From Intestinibacillus sp. (lineage in GTDB: Bacteria; Bacillota; Clostridia; Oscillospirales; Butyricicoccaceae), in assembly GCA_050255995.1 (NCBI GenBank), contig JBFWIM010000001.1:709-64708 (forward strand): DNA of 64,000 bases, given 5' to 3'. The notes under the pieces are model-generated. The model was not told the DNA's origin, searched no databases, and saw only the letters and a list, made by a program, of their open reading frames with translations. The position numbers were made by a program, and so were the translations under genes. Below, one piece after another: positions 1 through 10,182 of this stretch. Positions within the stretch are counted from its first letter, which is position 1, and the number at the start of each line of letters is the position of its first letter.

Positions 1-101
1 TATGTTACAATACTGATAAGCGCATGCCGCGGCCGGCGCGGGCCGCGCGGCGCCGGAGAACATCATGCCGGGCGTACGCCGCCGGGCCCCCGGGAGGACT
101 T

Positions 102-1436
102 ATGAAAAAAACAGGGAGATTTTGTGCGCTGCTGCTCATGATGCTGCTGCTGAGCGGCTGCGTTTTTCAATCGGGCGATGATCTTTTGCGCGCGCCGCAG
201 CCGTCCAAAAACTACGTGGCGCTGCAAACCGAGCTGAAATCCATCATGGATTCGAGCGGTGTGGTGCTTGCCGCACCCAAATCGGGCAGCAACCGCAATG
301 CCATTCAGCTGATCGATCTGGATAACGACGGTGAGGACGAGGCGGTATCCTTCTTTCAGGACAGTAAGAAGGTCGGCCAGTTTACGGCCTATGTTCACAA
401 AAAGATCGGCGATAAATATATCAAAACCGGACAAATCAGCGGCACAGGCACGGCGATCGAGTCCGTGGACTATCCGGTGGTTACGCCGGACGGCCGCCGC
501 GGCATTGTCATCGCCTGGCAGATCGGCGGAGAGGGCAGCACGGCGCTGACCGTATGCGCGTTTGAAGGGCTCAAGGTCTACAGCGTGCTGGAAGCGCAAT
601 ACACCATGTATGACCTGTTCGACCTGGACGGCGACGGCGCGTCCGAACTGGTCACCTTCCAGCTGGACGCGCAGGACGGGCGCAAGGTCGCGCGGGTGTA
701 TCGCTACAAGGACGGCGCGCTGCCAATGGTCGGCGAGACACAGATGTCGCCAGAGGCCAGAAGCCTCGTGCGTGTGACGAGCGGCTATGCCGCAGGCAAT
801 CTCCCGGCGATCTTTGCCGAGGAGAAGAACGAGAGCGGCATCGGCCTGATGACCGATATTTTCACCTATGACGAGACAAACGGCTTCCGCAACATCGCGA
901 TGGAAAACCGCGGGGGCGCGCCGATCAGCACCTTCCGGCCGGTTTCGGTCTACGCGACCGACATCAACAGCGACCGCATCATCGAAATCCCGCGTGCGGT
1001 TCCGACCGCGGGCGCGTCGGCCGAAGAGCCGGATACGCAGTATTTCCTCGACTGGTATGCCTACGGCGGGGAGCGGCCGCAAATGGTGCGCTCCACCTAT
1101 TACAGCCAGGTGGAGGAGTGGACGTTTACCATACCGGAGGCGTGGCACAATACCGTGTCGGTCACGCGCAACACCGCGACAAATGGCATGAGCGTGACGA
1201 CGTTTGAACAGTACCAGCCCGATGGGCGCAGCATTCCGCTGCTGCACATCTACTATATTACGAGCGATATCCGCAACATGCTTGCGGAAGGCGAGGGCAT
1301 GATGCCGCTGCGCGAGACCGAAACGGCCGTTTATACGGCGCTCATCCCCCAGGAGGCCACAGGCAACGCGCTTGCGCTGGGACAGGATGAGATTAAGCAG
1401 CGGTTCTCCATCATTTCGCAGAGCTGGGGAAGATAA
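102..1436 (+). CDS. Lipoprotein with FG-GAP/VCBS-like Ca-binding repeats
   Basis: GGAGG RBS before ATG 102; lipobox LLSGC; repeats DLDNDGEDE, DLDGDGASE, DINSDRIIE. Confidence 0.75.
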   Translation: MKKTGRFCALLLMMLLLSGCVFQSGDDLLRAPQPSKNYVALQTELKSIMDSSGVVLAAPKSGSNRNAIQLIDLDNDGEDEAVSFFQDSKKVGQFTAYVHKKIGDKYIKTGQISGTGTAIESVDYPVVTPDGRRGIVIAWQIGGEGSTALTVCAFEGLKVYSVLEAQYTMYDLFDLDGDGASELVTFQLDAQDGRKVARVYRYKDGALPMVGETQMSPEARSLVRVTSGYAAGNLPAIFAEEKNESGIGLMTDIFTYDETNGFRNIAMENRGGAPISTFRPVSVYATDINSDRIIEIPRAVPTAGASAEEPDTQYFLDWYAYGGERPQMVRSTYYSQVEEWTFTIPEAWHNTVSVTRNTATNGMSVTTFEQYQPDGRSIPLLHIYYITSDIRNMLAEGEGMMPLRETETAVYTALIPQEATGNALALGQDEIKQRFSIISQSWGR

Positions 1437-1482
1437 TACGGCAGGTATCCGGCCTGTTGGGAAAAGGAGCTTTGAAAGCGTG

Positions 1483-2172
1483 ATGAAACGAAAAATTTTG
1501 GTTCTTGAGGACGAGGAAAATATCAGAAGCTTTGTGGTGATCAACCTGCGGCGCGCAGGCTACGAAATCATTGAGGCTGGCACCGGCGAGGAAGCGCTGG
1601 AAAAGTTTGAACAGCATCCGGACATTCAGGTCGCCATTCTGGACGTCATGCTGCCCGGCATCGACGGATACGAGGTCTGCCGCAGAATGCGCGCAAAGGG
1701 CTACGGCGCGGGCGTCATTATGCTGACCGCGCGCGTGCAGGAGGCTGATAAGGTCACGGGGCTCATGACCGGTGCGGACGACTATGTGACCAAGCCGTTT
1801 TCCGTCGTGGAGCTGATCGCGCGTGTGGACGCGCTGTTCCGGCGCGTTTCCGGCAGCTCGTTCGCGGAGGAGGACGTGATCAAGTCCGGCCCGTTCAAGC
1901 TCAGCCTGCGCTCCCGCGAGGTTTATAAAAACGGCGCCAAGGTCGATCTGACCCAAATCGAATACGGCCTGCTCAGAACCTTCATGCAGAATATCGGCAA
2001 GGCGCTGTCGCGGGACGACCTGCTGGAAATGGTCTGGGGGCACCATTATGTCGGCGAGCTCAAGATTGTGGACGTCAACATCCGCCGTCTGCGCATCAAA
2101 ATTGAGGACGATCCGGCGAATCCGCAGTATATTGTCACCGTGCGGGGCTTTGGCTATATGTGGGCGGGCTGA
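1483..2172 (+). CDS. OmpR/PhoB-family response regulator
   Basis: Receiver motifs LEDEE, ILDVMLP, KPF; winged-helix C-terminus VDVNIRRLRIKIE...TVRGFGY. Confidence 0.95.
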   Translation: MKRKILVLEDEENIRSFVVINLRRAGYEIIEAGTGEEALEKFEQHPDIQVAILDVMLPGIDGYEVCRRMRAKGYGAGVIMLTARVQEADKVTGLMTGADDYVTKPFSVVELIARVDALFRRVSGSSFAEEDVIKSGPFKLSLRSREVYKNGAKVDLTQIEYGLLRTFMQNIGKALSRDDLLEMVWGHHYVGELKIVDVNIRRLRIKIEDDPANPQYIVTVRGFGYMWAG

Positions 2173-2209
2173 CCGCGGAGAAGGGCAGAAGAGAAAGGCA
2201 CTGTAACCT

Positions 2210-3733
2210 ATGAAATACCGTAGAAAGCAGGCGGCCCGGGGGGCGTCGCCGCAGGAGACCCATGTGCAGCATTCGCCCGGCGGCCTGAAGGGCCGCTGGA
2301 TGATCAACTCGCTTTCCTTTGTTGTCTGCATTTTGGCCGCCGTCATCATCTTTGTATCGATGGGCATTTCGAGCTACTATTATTCCAACCTGCGCGGCAA
2401 CCTTGTGACGCGCGCGAGCGAGACCGCCAGCGTGTTCAAAAAATACTGGACGGACAGCGAGGAGCAGTTTATCTCCATGGCCGACCAGCATGTCGCCGAC
2501 TTTAAGGAAAAGGACAAGCTGGAGCTGCAGTTCATCGACCGGTACGGCCGCGTGTTCTGCTCCTCCTCCGGCCTCGCGACCGATTCGATCCCAGGCACGA
2601 GCGACGTGCAGCACGCCATGGAGGACAAGCAGATCAGCGTGTACACCGGCGAGGACCCGCAGACGGATGAGCGCGTGATGAGCGTCAGCGCCCCGCTGAC
2701 GACCAGCCACGGCGATATGGTCGGCGCGGTGCGCTACATCACCTCGCTCGCGCTGGCCGAGCGGCAGATCGCGCTGGTCATCCTCATTTCCATCGCGGGG
2801 AGCCTGGTGTTTCTGGTACTGGTCGTGCTGTCCAACCGTTATTTTATCAAATCCATTCTGGAGCCTGTCATGAGAATCAACGTCATCGCCAAGGAGATCG
2901 CGGCGGGGCGGTACGGTATGCGCCTGCACAAGGCGTATGACGACGAGATCGGCGAGCTGTGCGATACGATCAACTACATGTCGGACGAGATCAGCCGCGC
3001 CGAGCACATGAAAAACGACTTCATTTCGTCGGTATCCCATGAGTTGCGCACGCCGCTGACCGCCATCGCAGGCTGGAGCGAAACCCTGATTGCGGGCGGC
3101 GCGCAGGACACCGAGGAGACCATGCAGGGTCTGGAAATTATCCAGAAAGAGAGCCGCCGCCTGACCCAGATGGTCGAGGAGCTGCTCGACTTCTCACGCA
3201 TGGAGAGCGGACGCATGAAGCTGGAGGTCGAGTCCTTCGACGTTTCCACCGAGCTGTACGAGGCGCTCTACATGTATGAAAACCTGCTTGAGGACGCGGG
3301 CATCCGCGTGCATTATCAGAAGCAGGAAGGCAATTACTTTATCAGCGGCGACCGGCACCGCATCAAGCAGGTGTTCCTGAATATTCTGGACAACGCCGCA
3401 AAATACGGCAAATCCGGCGGACGCATCGAGGTCAGCCTGCTGCGCGAGGGCGGCAACATCGTCGCCTGCGTGCGTGACTGGGGCGTGGGCATCCCGGAGG
3501 CGGAGCTGCCGTTCGTCAAAGAAAAGTTCTATAAAGGCAGTTCCAAGCAGCGCGGCAGTGGCATCGGGCTGGCCGTCACGGACGAAATCGTGACGCTGCA
3601 CGGCGGTTCTCTTGAGATCCGCAGCCGGGCCGGCGAAGGAACCGCCGTATACATCATACTGCCCGCGCTGGAAGCGCATACCGCCATGGGCGTCGAGGGC
3701 ATCACGGAACCTACGGAGGAGACGGAAGAATGA
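2210..3733 (+). CDS. HAMP-domain sensor histidine kinase (start may be GTG 2264 after AGGAG)
   Basis: Two TM segments; H-box SHELRTPLT; N-box NILDNAAKY; DWGVGI; GSGIGLA. Confidence 0.95.
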   Translation: MKYRRKQAARGASPQETHVQHSPGGLKGRWMINSLSFVVCILAAVIIFVSMGISSYYYSNLRGNLVTRASETASVFKKYWTDSEEQFISMADQHVADFKEKDKLELQFIDRYGRVFCSSSGLATDSIPGTSDVQHAMEDKQISVYTGEDPQTDERVMSVSAPLTTSHGDMVGAVRYITSLALAERQIALVILISIAGSLVFLVLVVLSNRYFIKSILEPVMRINVIAKEIAAGRYGMRLHKAYDDEIGELCDTINYMSDEISRAEHMKNDFISSVSHELRTPLTAIAGWSETLIAGGAQDTEETMQGLEIIQKESRRLTQMVEELLDFSRMESGRMKLEVESFDVSTELYEALYMYENLLEDAGIRVHYQKQEGNYFISGDRHRIKQVFLNILDNAAKYGKSGGRIEVSLLREGGNIVACVRDWGVGIPEAELPFVKEKFYKGSSKQRGSGIGLAVTDEIVTLHGGSLEIRSRAGEGTAVYIILPALEAHTAMGVEGITEPTEETEE

Positions 3734-4698
3734 ACCATCAGGATGGGGCGCAGGCGTGCTCCGCAAAGAAAACCACCATCGGCGGGCAGGCGATCATTGA
3801 AGGCATCGTCATGAAGGGCCCCCGCGCTTCCAGCACCGTTGTGCGCAAGGCGAACGGCGAGCTGGTGATCCGCGACAAGGATACGCCGCCGCTGACGGAA
3901 AAAAGCAGTATTTACGGCTGGCCGGTCGTGCGCGGCGCGGTCAACCTGTTTATGGCGCTCAAGGACGGCATGGAGGCCATTAACTACTCCGCGCAGTTTT
4001 TTGAGGACGGCGAGGAGGTCGGAGAGCCCTCCAAGTTTGAGAAATGGCTGGAAAAGCACCTCGGGTCGCAGAAGCTGGAAAAACTGGTCATGGGCTTTGC
4101 CACGGCGGTCGGCATCGCGCTGCCCGTGCTGCTGTTTATCCTGCTGCCCACCTTTCTCGCGGGTTTCCTGCCGGAGGATGTCCACTCGCTCGCGCGCAAT
4201 CTGGTAGAGGGCGCGGTGCGCGTGGTCGTTTTTCTGGGCTTTATGTGGGCGGTATCGCACATGAAGGATATCCGCCGTACTTTTGAGTACCACGGCGCGG
4301 AACACAAGACGATTTTCTGCTATGAGGCGGGGGACGCGCTGACGGTCGAAAATGTGCGCGCGCAGGGGCGGTTTCATCCGCGCTGCGGCACGAGCTTTCT
4401 GTTCGTCGTCATCATCATCGCGACGGTGGTATCCTCCATTGTGTTCGCGTTCCTCCAGCCGACCAATCCGCTGATCCGCGCGCTGCTGCATCTGTTGCTG
4501 CTGCCGTTCGTCGTCGGCCTGTCCTACGAGGTCAACCGCTACGCCGGCCGGCGTGACAACACGTTCACCGGTATCCTGCGCTGGCCGGGGCTGCAGCTCC
4601 AGCGCCTGACCGTGTTTGAGCCCGACGACAGCATGATTGAGGTCGCCATTGAGGCGATGCGCCGCGTCATTCCGGACGACGGGAGCGACAACTGGTAA
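3730..4698 (+). CDS. DUF1385 family membrane protein
   Basis: IGGQAIIEG, YHGAEHK, HPRCGTSF motifs; overlaps kinase stop. Confidence 0.9.
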   Translation: MNHQDGAQACSAKKTTIGGQAIIEGIVMKGPRASSTVVRKANGELVIRDKDTPPLTEKSSIYGWPVVRGAVNLFMALKDGMEAINYSAQFFEDGEEVGEPSKFEKWLEKHLGSQKLEKLVMGFATAVGIALPVLLFILLPTFLAGFLPEDVHSLARNLVEGAVRVVVFLGFMWAVSHMKDIRRTFEYHGAEHKTIFCYEAGDALTVENVRAQGRFHPRCGTSFLFVVIIIATVVSSIVFAFLQPTNPLIRALLHLLLLPFVVGLSYEVNRYAGRRDNTFTGILRWPGLQLQRLTVFEPDDSMIEVAIEAMRRVIPDDGSDNW

Positions 4699-4736
4699 AA
4701 CGTCCAGGGGGATTTACAGAGCCGGGTGATAGAGAT

Positions 4737-5624
4737 ATGACAGAAACAATCAACGACCTTTACATGAGCCTGCGGCGGCGGTTCCGCGAAGCGGAGCTGC
4801 CCATGCCGTCGCTGGAGGCGCGCGAGCTGACCGCCGCGGCTGCCGGGGTGGACAAGCGGCAGACCGCGAACTGGGGACACATCTACCTGACCGAAGCGAC
4901 GGTCGCGCGCGCCGAGGAGCTGGCGGACCGCCGTCTGCGCGGCGAACCGCTCGCCTATCTGCTGGGCGAATGGGACTTCTGCGGCCTGACCCTCAAGGTA
5001 ACAAAGGACGTGCTCATTCCGCGCTCGGATACCGAGCGGCTGTGCGAGCTTGCCATCGGCCAGGCGCAGAAGGTGGTCAACCCGCGCGTGCTCGACCTGT
5101 GCTGCGGTTCGGGATGCATCGGCGTGGCGCTGCTGAAAAATGTGGAGGACGCGCGCGTTGTGGCGGTCGATGTGTCCGAGGAGGCGCTTGCCGTCACGCG
5201 GGAAAACGCGTACCGCTGCGGCGTCAGCTCCCGGCACATCGCGCTGCGCGGCGATGCGCTCGCCGCGCCGGACGAGCGGCTCGGGCATTTTCATTTGCTT
5301 GTGTGCAACCCGCCGTATATCACGGCCGAGGAAATGTGCGGGCTGGACCGCGACGTACGCGATTATGAACCGGTGCTCGCGCTCTTCGGCGGGGACGACG
5401 GCCTGGACTTCTACCGCAGCATCGCCGCCCGCTGGAAGGACGCCCTGCTGCCGGGCGGCATGGCGCTCTTTGAGTGCGGATACCGGCAGTACAGTCAGGT
5501 TGCGGGTATTCTGGAGGAGCACGGCTGGCGCGCCATCGACATTCAGGAGGATCTTTCGGGCGTGCTGCGCATTGTCACGGGCGTCCGCCCGGACGAACCG
5601 GAGGGGCACGAGCCGATGGAGTGA
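4737..5624 (+). CDS. prmC: Release factor glutamine methyltransferase
   Basis: GEPLAYLLG, VLIPRSDTE, LDLCCGSG, NPPY. Confidence 0.93.
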   Translation: MTETINDLYMSLRRRFREAELPMPSLEARELTAAAAGVDKRQTANWGHIYLTEATVARAEELADRRLRGEPLAYLLGEWDFCGLTLKVTKDVLIPRSDTERLCELAIGQAQKVVNPRVLDLCCGSGCIGVALLKNVEDARVVAVDVSEEALAVTRENAYRCGVSSRHIALRGDALAAPDERLGHFHLLVCNPPYITAEEMCGLDRDVRDYEPVLALFGGDDGLDFYRSIAARWKDALLPGGMALFECGYRQYSQVAGILEEHGWRAIDIQEDLSGVLRIVTGVRPDEPEGHEPME

Positions 5625-5655
5625 CGGTATGCATTCCGCCTTTATAAAAAATATT

Positions 5656-5694
5656 CGAACATATGTTGCAATTCCCGCCGGCGTGTGGTATTAT
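5656..5694 (+). promoter_or_regulatory. recA promoter with LexA (SOS/DinR) box
   Basis: CGAAC-ATAT-GTTGC at 5656-5669 overlaps -35 TTGCAA (5666-5671); 17 bp spacer; TG-extended -10 TATTAT (5689-5694). Confidence 0.8.
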
Positions 5695-5804
5695 ATGAGC
5701 ACTTGGTGAGGACAGGCCGAAGGCGAAAGACAAGCTTTAGGCGCATATGCCCTTGCGGGACAATAAGGCTGCACACAAAACAGCCGCGACAGGGAGGAAC
5801 ACGC

Positions 5805-6962
5805 ATGGCAACCAAAAAGCACATTGAGCCGGTTGTGCCGGCTACCGATAAGAAAAAGGCGCTGGAGGCGGTGCTGGGGCAGATTGAAAAGAATTTTGGT
5901 AAGGGCGCCGTCATGCGGCTTGGCGAGAACGCCGGGATGCACGTGGACCATATCCCGACCGGATCCATCGGCCTGGACACTGCGCTTGGCATCGGCGGCC
6001 TGCCGCGCGGCCGTATCGTGGAGATTTACGGGCCGGAATCCTCCGGTAAGACCACGGTGGCGCTGCACGCGGTCGCGCAGGCGCAAAGGCTGGGCGGCGA
6101 AGCCGCATTCATCGACGCGGAGCACGCGCTCGACCCGATCTATGCCCGGGCGCTCGGCGTGGATATCGACAGTTTGCTGGTCTCGCAGCCGGATACCGGC
6201 GAGCAGGGGCTTGAGATTGCGGAAGCGCTCGTGCGCTCCGGCGCGGTCGATATTGTCGTCGTCGACTCGGTCGCGGCGCTCGTGCCGCGCGCCGAAATCG
6301 AGGGCGAGATGGGCGACTCCTTCGTCGGCCTGCACGCCCGCCTGATGAGCCAGGCGCTGCGCAAACTCGCCGGCTCCATCGCAAAGTCCCAGTGCGTCGT
6401 CATTTTTATCAACCAGCTGCGTGAAAAGGTCGGCGTGGTATACGGCAACCCCGAAGTTACGACGGGCGGCCGCGCGCTCAAGTTCTACGCCTCTGTGCGC
6501 ATCGACGTGCGCCGCACGGAGCACCTCAAAAACGGTACCGAGCTGATCGGCAGCCATACGCGCTGCAAAGTGGTCAAAAACAAGGTTGCGCCGCCGTTTA
6601 AGGAGGCCGAATTCGACATTATGTACGGCGAGGGCATTTCCTTCACCGGCGAGCTGGTCGATCTCGGCGTGAAATACAGTCTGGTCCAGAAGTCCGGCGC
6701 GTGGTTCTCCATGGGCGAAACGCGGCTCGGACAGGGGCGCGACGCGGCCAAGCAGTACTTTAAGGATCATCCGGAGATCGGGGAAAAGCTCCACCTTGAG
6801 ATTCTCGAAGCCATCCAGACGGAGCAGGCGGAACAGCGCAGCACGATGAAGGCTGCGAAGCCCGCAGGTACTCCGGCGGCAGTGCCCGTCGCCAAGGCCG
6901 CGCCGGCCTCTTCGGCCAAGGCGGTCTCCATCGACGCGGACGATTTTGACGATGTGGAATAA
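5805..6962 (+). CDS. recA: Recombinase RecA
   Basis: GGAGG RBS; GPESSGKTT Walker A; [11 protein letters not shown]; [10 protein letters not shown]. Confidence 0.99.
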   Translation: MATKKHIEPVVPATDKKKALEAVLGQIEKNFGKGAVMRLGENAGMHVDHIPTGSIGLDTALGIGGLPRGRIVEIYGPESSGKTTVALHAVAQAQRLGGEAAFIDAEHALDPIYARALGVDIDSLLVSQPDTGEQGLEIAEALVRSGAVDIVVVDSVAALVPRAEIEGEMGDSFVGLHARLMSQALRKLAGSIAKSQCVVIFINQLREKVGVVYGNPEVTTGGRALKFYASVRIDVRRTEHLKNGTELIGSHTRCKVVKNKVAPPFKEAEFDIMYGEGISFTGELVDLGVKYSLVQKSGAWFSMGETRLGQGRDAAKQYFKDHPEIGEKLHLEILEAIQTEQAEQRSTMKAAKPAGTPAAVPVAKAAPASSAKAVSIDADDFDDVE

Positions 6963-7002
6963 GCGCCCTGCCGCGCACCGCGCGGCGGACGAAGGCGGCG
7001 GT

Positions 7003-7485
7003 ATGGATGCGCAGGATTATGAGGCAGCCTGCCAAAAGGCGCTCGACGCCGCAGCAAAGCAGCTCGCCTGCCGGGCGCTGAGTCAAAAACAGCTGCGGGA
7101 CAAGCTGCTTGCCAGGGGCTTTGCGGAGGATGCGGCGGATTATGCGGTCGCCTGGCTGGAAGCGCACGGTCTGCTGAACGACGAGGCGTTTGCCGCGAGC
7201 GTGACGCGCGTCTATGAACGGCGTGGCTACGGTGAAAACCGCATCCGGCAGGAGCTGCGGCGGCGTGGGGTCGGCCGCGATGCGGCGGAGGAAGCGCTGG
7301 AGCAGTTTTCGCCCGATCTTGCGCAAATGACCGCGCTGCTCGATAAGCGCCTGCACGGCGACCTGTCCGACCGGCGTGAGGTCGACAAGGCTGTCGCCGC
7401 GCTGCAGCGGCGCGGCTACCGCTGGGACGACATCCGCGCGGCGCTCCGGGCCTATGGCGCGGAGGGCGGCGACGAAGATTCCTGA
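7003..7485 (+). CDS. recX: Regulatory protein RecX
   Basis: Follows recA; LLNDEAFA, RGYGENRIRQELRRRGV, LQRRGY. Confidence 0.9.
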   Translation: MDAQDYEAACQKALDAAAKQLACRALSQKQLRDKLLARGFAEDAADYAVAWLEAHGLLNDEAFAASVTRVYERRGYGENRIRQELRRRGVGRDAAEEALEQFSPDLAQMTALLDKRLHGDLSDRREVDKAVAALQRRGYRWDDIRAALRAYGAEGGDEDS

Positions 7486-7506
7486 GCACGCTGGACGGAG
7501 GTACGG

Positions 7507-7758
7507 ATGGAGTTTTTACGCAGGTACGGTCTGCTGCTCGCGGCGCTTGCCGCGCCAGTCGTGCTGTTTGGCTTTCCGCAGGTTGAGCACGGGCTGAAAT
7601 ACTTCCATGTGGCCTGCATTGTGGCGTCCACATTTGTCGGGCGTAGTTTTATCCGGGAGGGAGACAGCCGGGGCTGGGCGATCCAGTCCGGCGCGCTGCT
7701 CGTCCACGCGGCCCTTCTGGTCGTAGAGGGCACGGCCTTTGGCGCGCTGATCCAATAG
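7507..7758 (+). CDS. Small hypothetical membrane protein (3 TM)
   Basis: ATG after GGAGG; hydrophobic stretches; fills the recX-rimO gap. Confidence 0.6.
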   Translation: MEFLRRYGLLLAALAAPVVLFGFPQVEHGLKYFHVACIVASTFVGRSFIREGDSRGWAIQSGALLVHAALLVVEGTAFGALIQ

Positions 7759-7824
7759 AGAACGACGAAAGGGACGGCGGCGCCGTCCCTGCGGCCGTTT
7801 CCGCGGCAAATTAGTATAAGGAGA

Positions 7825-9159
7825 ATGTTTGTGAGTACAAAAATCGGACTGATATCGCTCGGCTGCTCGAAGAATCTGGTAGACAGCGAGCATATGCTGG
7901 CGCTGCTGCGGGAGCAGGGCTGCGAAATCGTGCCCGACGTGGCCGAGGCTGAGGTCGCGATCGTCAACACCTGCGGTTTCATTGAAGCCGCCAAGCAGGA
8001 GGCTATTGAGACCATCCTGGAGACCGCCGGATACAAGAACGGCGGCGCGCTGCGCGGGCTGATTGTGACCGGCTGTCTGGCCGAGCGCTACCGCGACGAG
8101 ATTACCCGCGAGCTGCCCGAGGTGGACGCGGTGCTCGGCACCGGCAGCTACGAAAACATCGCCGACGCGGTGCGCGAGGTGCTCGCGGGACGCCGGGCGG
8201 CCTATTTCAAGGACGCGGCGACCGCCGCGCTTGAGGGCAGCCGCAACCGGCTGACGCCATCTTACACCGCCTATTTCAAGATTGCCGAGGGCTGCTCCAA
8301 CCGTTGCGCCTACTGCATCATCCCCAGGCTGCGCGGCCCCTACCGCAGCCGCGATTTCGACGCGCTGCTTTCCGAGGCGAAGGCGCTCGCGGGCGCGGGC
8401 GTGAAGGAACTCATCGTCATTGCGCAAGACATCACAAAGTATGGCACGGATCTGTACGGCGAGCGCCGCCTGCCCGCGCTGCTGCGAGAGCTTTGCAAGC
8501 TGGACTTCACCTGGATCCGCCTGCATTATCTTTACCCGGACCAGATCACAGACGAGATGATCGACGTGATCGCATCCGAAGACAAAATCGTCAAATATCT
8601 CGACATTCCGCTCCAGCATGTTGCCCCGCGTATCCTGCGGGCAATGCACCGTCCGGGCGGGCGCGAGGCGTTTACCCGGCTCATCGGCACGCTGCGCGCG
8701 CATATCCCCGGCCTCGTGCTGCGCACGAGCCTCATCGTCGGCCTGCCGGGCGAGACCGAGGAGGAATTCGCCGAGCTGTGCGCGTTTTTGCAGGACGTGC
8801 AGATTGAGCGCGCCGGCGTGTTTGAATATTCGTCCGAAGAGGGCACCGAAGCCGCCGAACTGCCGGATCAGATCGACGCGGAGACCAAGGAGCGCCGCCG
8901 CCTGATTATTGAGGAGCTGCAGTCAAACGTCATCGACGACTATAACCTCTCGCGTATGCACGAAACGCTGACCGTGCTGTGCGAGGGCTTCGACGAGGAC
9001 GAGCAGCTGTATTTCGGCCGCTCCTACGCCGATTCGGTCGAGGTCGACGGCAAGGTGTTTTTCGATTCGGAGGAACCGGTTCCGCCCGGAGCATTTGTAA
9101 AGGTACGCATTGACGACAGTCTGGGCGCCGACCTTGCCGGCGTCCGTGTGGAGGGATGA
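7825..9159 (+). CDS. rimO: Ribosomal protein S12 methylthiotransferase
   Basis: SLGCSKNLVDSE; radical SAM CxxxCxxC (CSNRCAYC); TRAM-like C-terminus. Confidence 0.95.
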   Translation: MFVSTKIGLISLGCSKNLVDSEHMLALLREQGCEIVPDVAEAEVAIVNTCGFIEAAKQEAIETILETAGYKNGGALRGLIVTGCLAERYRDEITRELPEVDAVLGTGSYENIADAVREVLAGRRAAYFKDAATAALEGSRNRLTPSYTAYFKIAEGCSNRCAYCIIPRLRGPYRSRDFDALLSEAKALAGAGVKELIVIAQDITKYGTDLYGERRLPALLRELCKLDFTWIRLHYLYPDQITDEMIDVIASEDKIVKYLDIPLQHVAPRILRAMHRPGGREAFTRLIGTLRAHIPGLVLRTSLIVGLPGETEEEFAELCAFLQDVQIERAGVFEYSSEEGTEAAELPDQIDAETKERRRLIIEELQSNVIDDYNLSRMHETLTVLCEGFDEDEQLYFGRSYADSVEVDGKVFFDSEEPVPPGAFVKVRIDDSLGADLAGVRVEG

Positions 9160-9163
9160 CGAC

Positions 9164-9748
9164 ATGACAACTGCCAATCAGATTACGATGGTTCGCATCG
9201 CGATGATCCCGTTTTTCGTGTATTTTGCCATGCAGAGCTCGACGGGTGGGCTGACCGCCGCGCTCGCGCTGTTCTGCATCGCGTCGTTCACCGACTTTCT
9301 GGACGGCTATGTCGCCCGGAAGTACAATCAGGTCACGGATTTCGGCAAGTTCGTCGATCCGCTCGCGGACAAGCTGCTGGTCACCGCCGCGCTGCTGATT
9401 TTCATCGAAAAGGGTGTTTTCCCGGCATGGATGGTGTTCATCATCCTGGCGCGTGAGTTCATCATCACCTCGCTGCGCAATGTGGCGGCCGCCAAGGGCC
9501 GTGTGCTGGCCGCCGCGTGGACAGGCAAGGTCAAGACCGTGGTGCAGATCGCGGGTATCATCCTGATGTTCGCCATGCTGATCGCCGCGGCAATGGAAGC
9601 GATTCCGGACGTGGAGCAGGCGGCGCCGGCGCCGATGTATTTGGGGATTGCAACGCTTATGACGCTCGTCACGCTGTATTCGGGCTTTGACTACATGGTC
9701 AAAAACTGGGATATCGTCAAGGAAGGCGCGGGCAAGCCAAAGGCATGA
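9164..9748 (+). CDS. pgsA: CDP-diacylglycerol--glycerol-3-phosphate 3-phosphatidyltransferase
   Basis: DFLDGYVAR...GKFVDPLADK CDP-alcohol phosphotransferase motif. Confidence 0.93.
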   Translation: MTTANQITMVRIAMIPFFVYFAMQSSTGGLTAALALFCIASFTDFLDGYVARKYNQVTDFGKFVDPLADKLLVTAALLIFIEKGVFPAWMVFIILAREFIITSLRNVAAAKGRVLAAAWTGKVKTVVQIAGIILMFAMLIAAAMEAIPDVEQAAPAPMYLGIATLMTLVTLYSGFDYMVKNWDIVKEGAGKPKA

Positions 9749-9849
9749 ATGCGCTGTGCGGATAGGAAATGCGGCATTTTGCGGGAGAATCTGCCGCCGG
9801 GGGCATGTCGGCTTGACAACAGCCCCCGAACTGCGCTATACTGACGGTA

Positions 9850-10084
9850 CTGTGATATGGAAGTATGCAACGACCGGGAAGAGTATCCGCGTTCCGTCCC
9901 CGCAAAAGAGAGGCGCCCCTCCGGCTGAAAGGGCTCTGCGGCAGGGCGTGCGAAGAAGTGCGCCCGCGAGCATCGGGGGCAACGCTCCGCGTCCCGCGCC
10001 GCGTTAAGGCGCCGACGAGTTACAAATCGGAGTGGAAACGCGACTTTTGCCGCCTCCCGGGCTTTCCCCGGCAGGCGGCTTTTG
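9850..10084 (+). promoter_or_regulatory. T-box riboswitch, Cys specifier, upstream of cysS
   Basis: Promoter TTGACA 9813 / TATACT 9837; AGAGA and GCTGAAA stem I motifs; GAAG-TGC specifier at 9959-9961; T-box AAATCGGAGTGGAAACGCG at ~10024-10042; terminator hairpin plus T-run to 10084. Confidence 0.85.
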
Positions 10085-10182
10085 TTTACCGCTGCCGGAT
10101 CCGCAGCGGGTTGATAGACCGGGCCGTTTCGGCGCAAAATGAGTGTAATGGATCGCACTAAAACAATAAAAGGAGCTTACGC

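Noticed and set aside
4737-5800. Absence of prfA after DUF1385-prmC
   Set aside because: Gene-order variation only; prfA may be elsewhere in the genome, which this window cannot show.
9755-9769. 15-bp identity TGTGCGGATAGGAAA shared with the 6S region (46011-46025)
   Set aside because: A single 15-mer match within 64 kb is compatible with chance, and the match does not extend.
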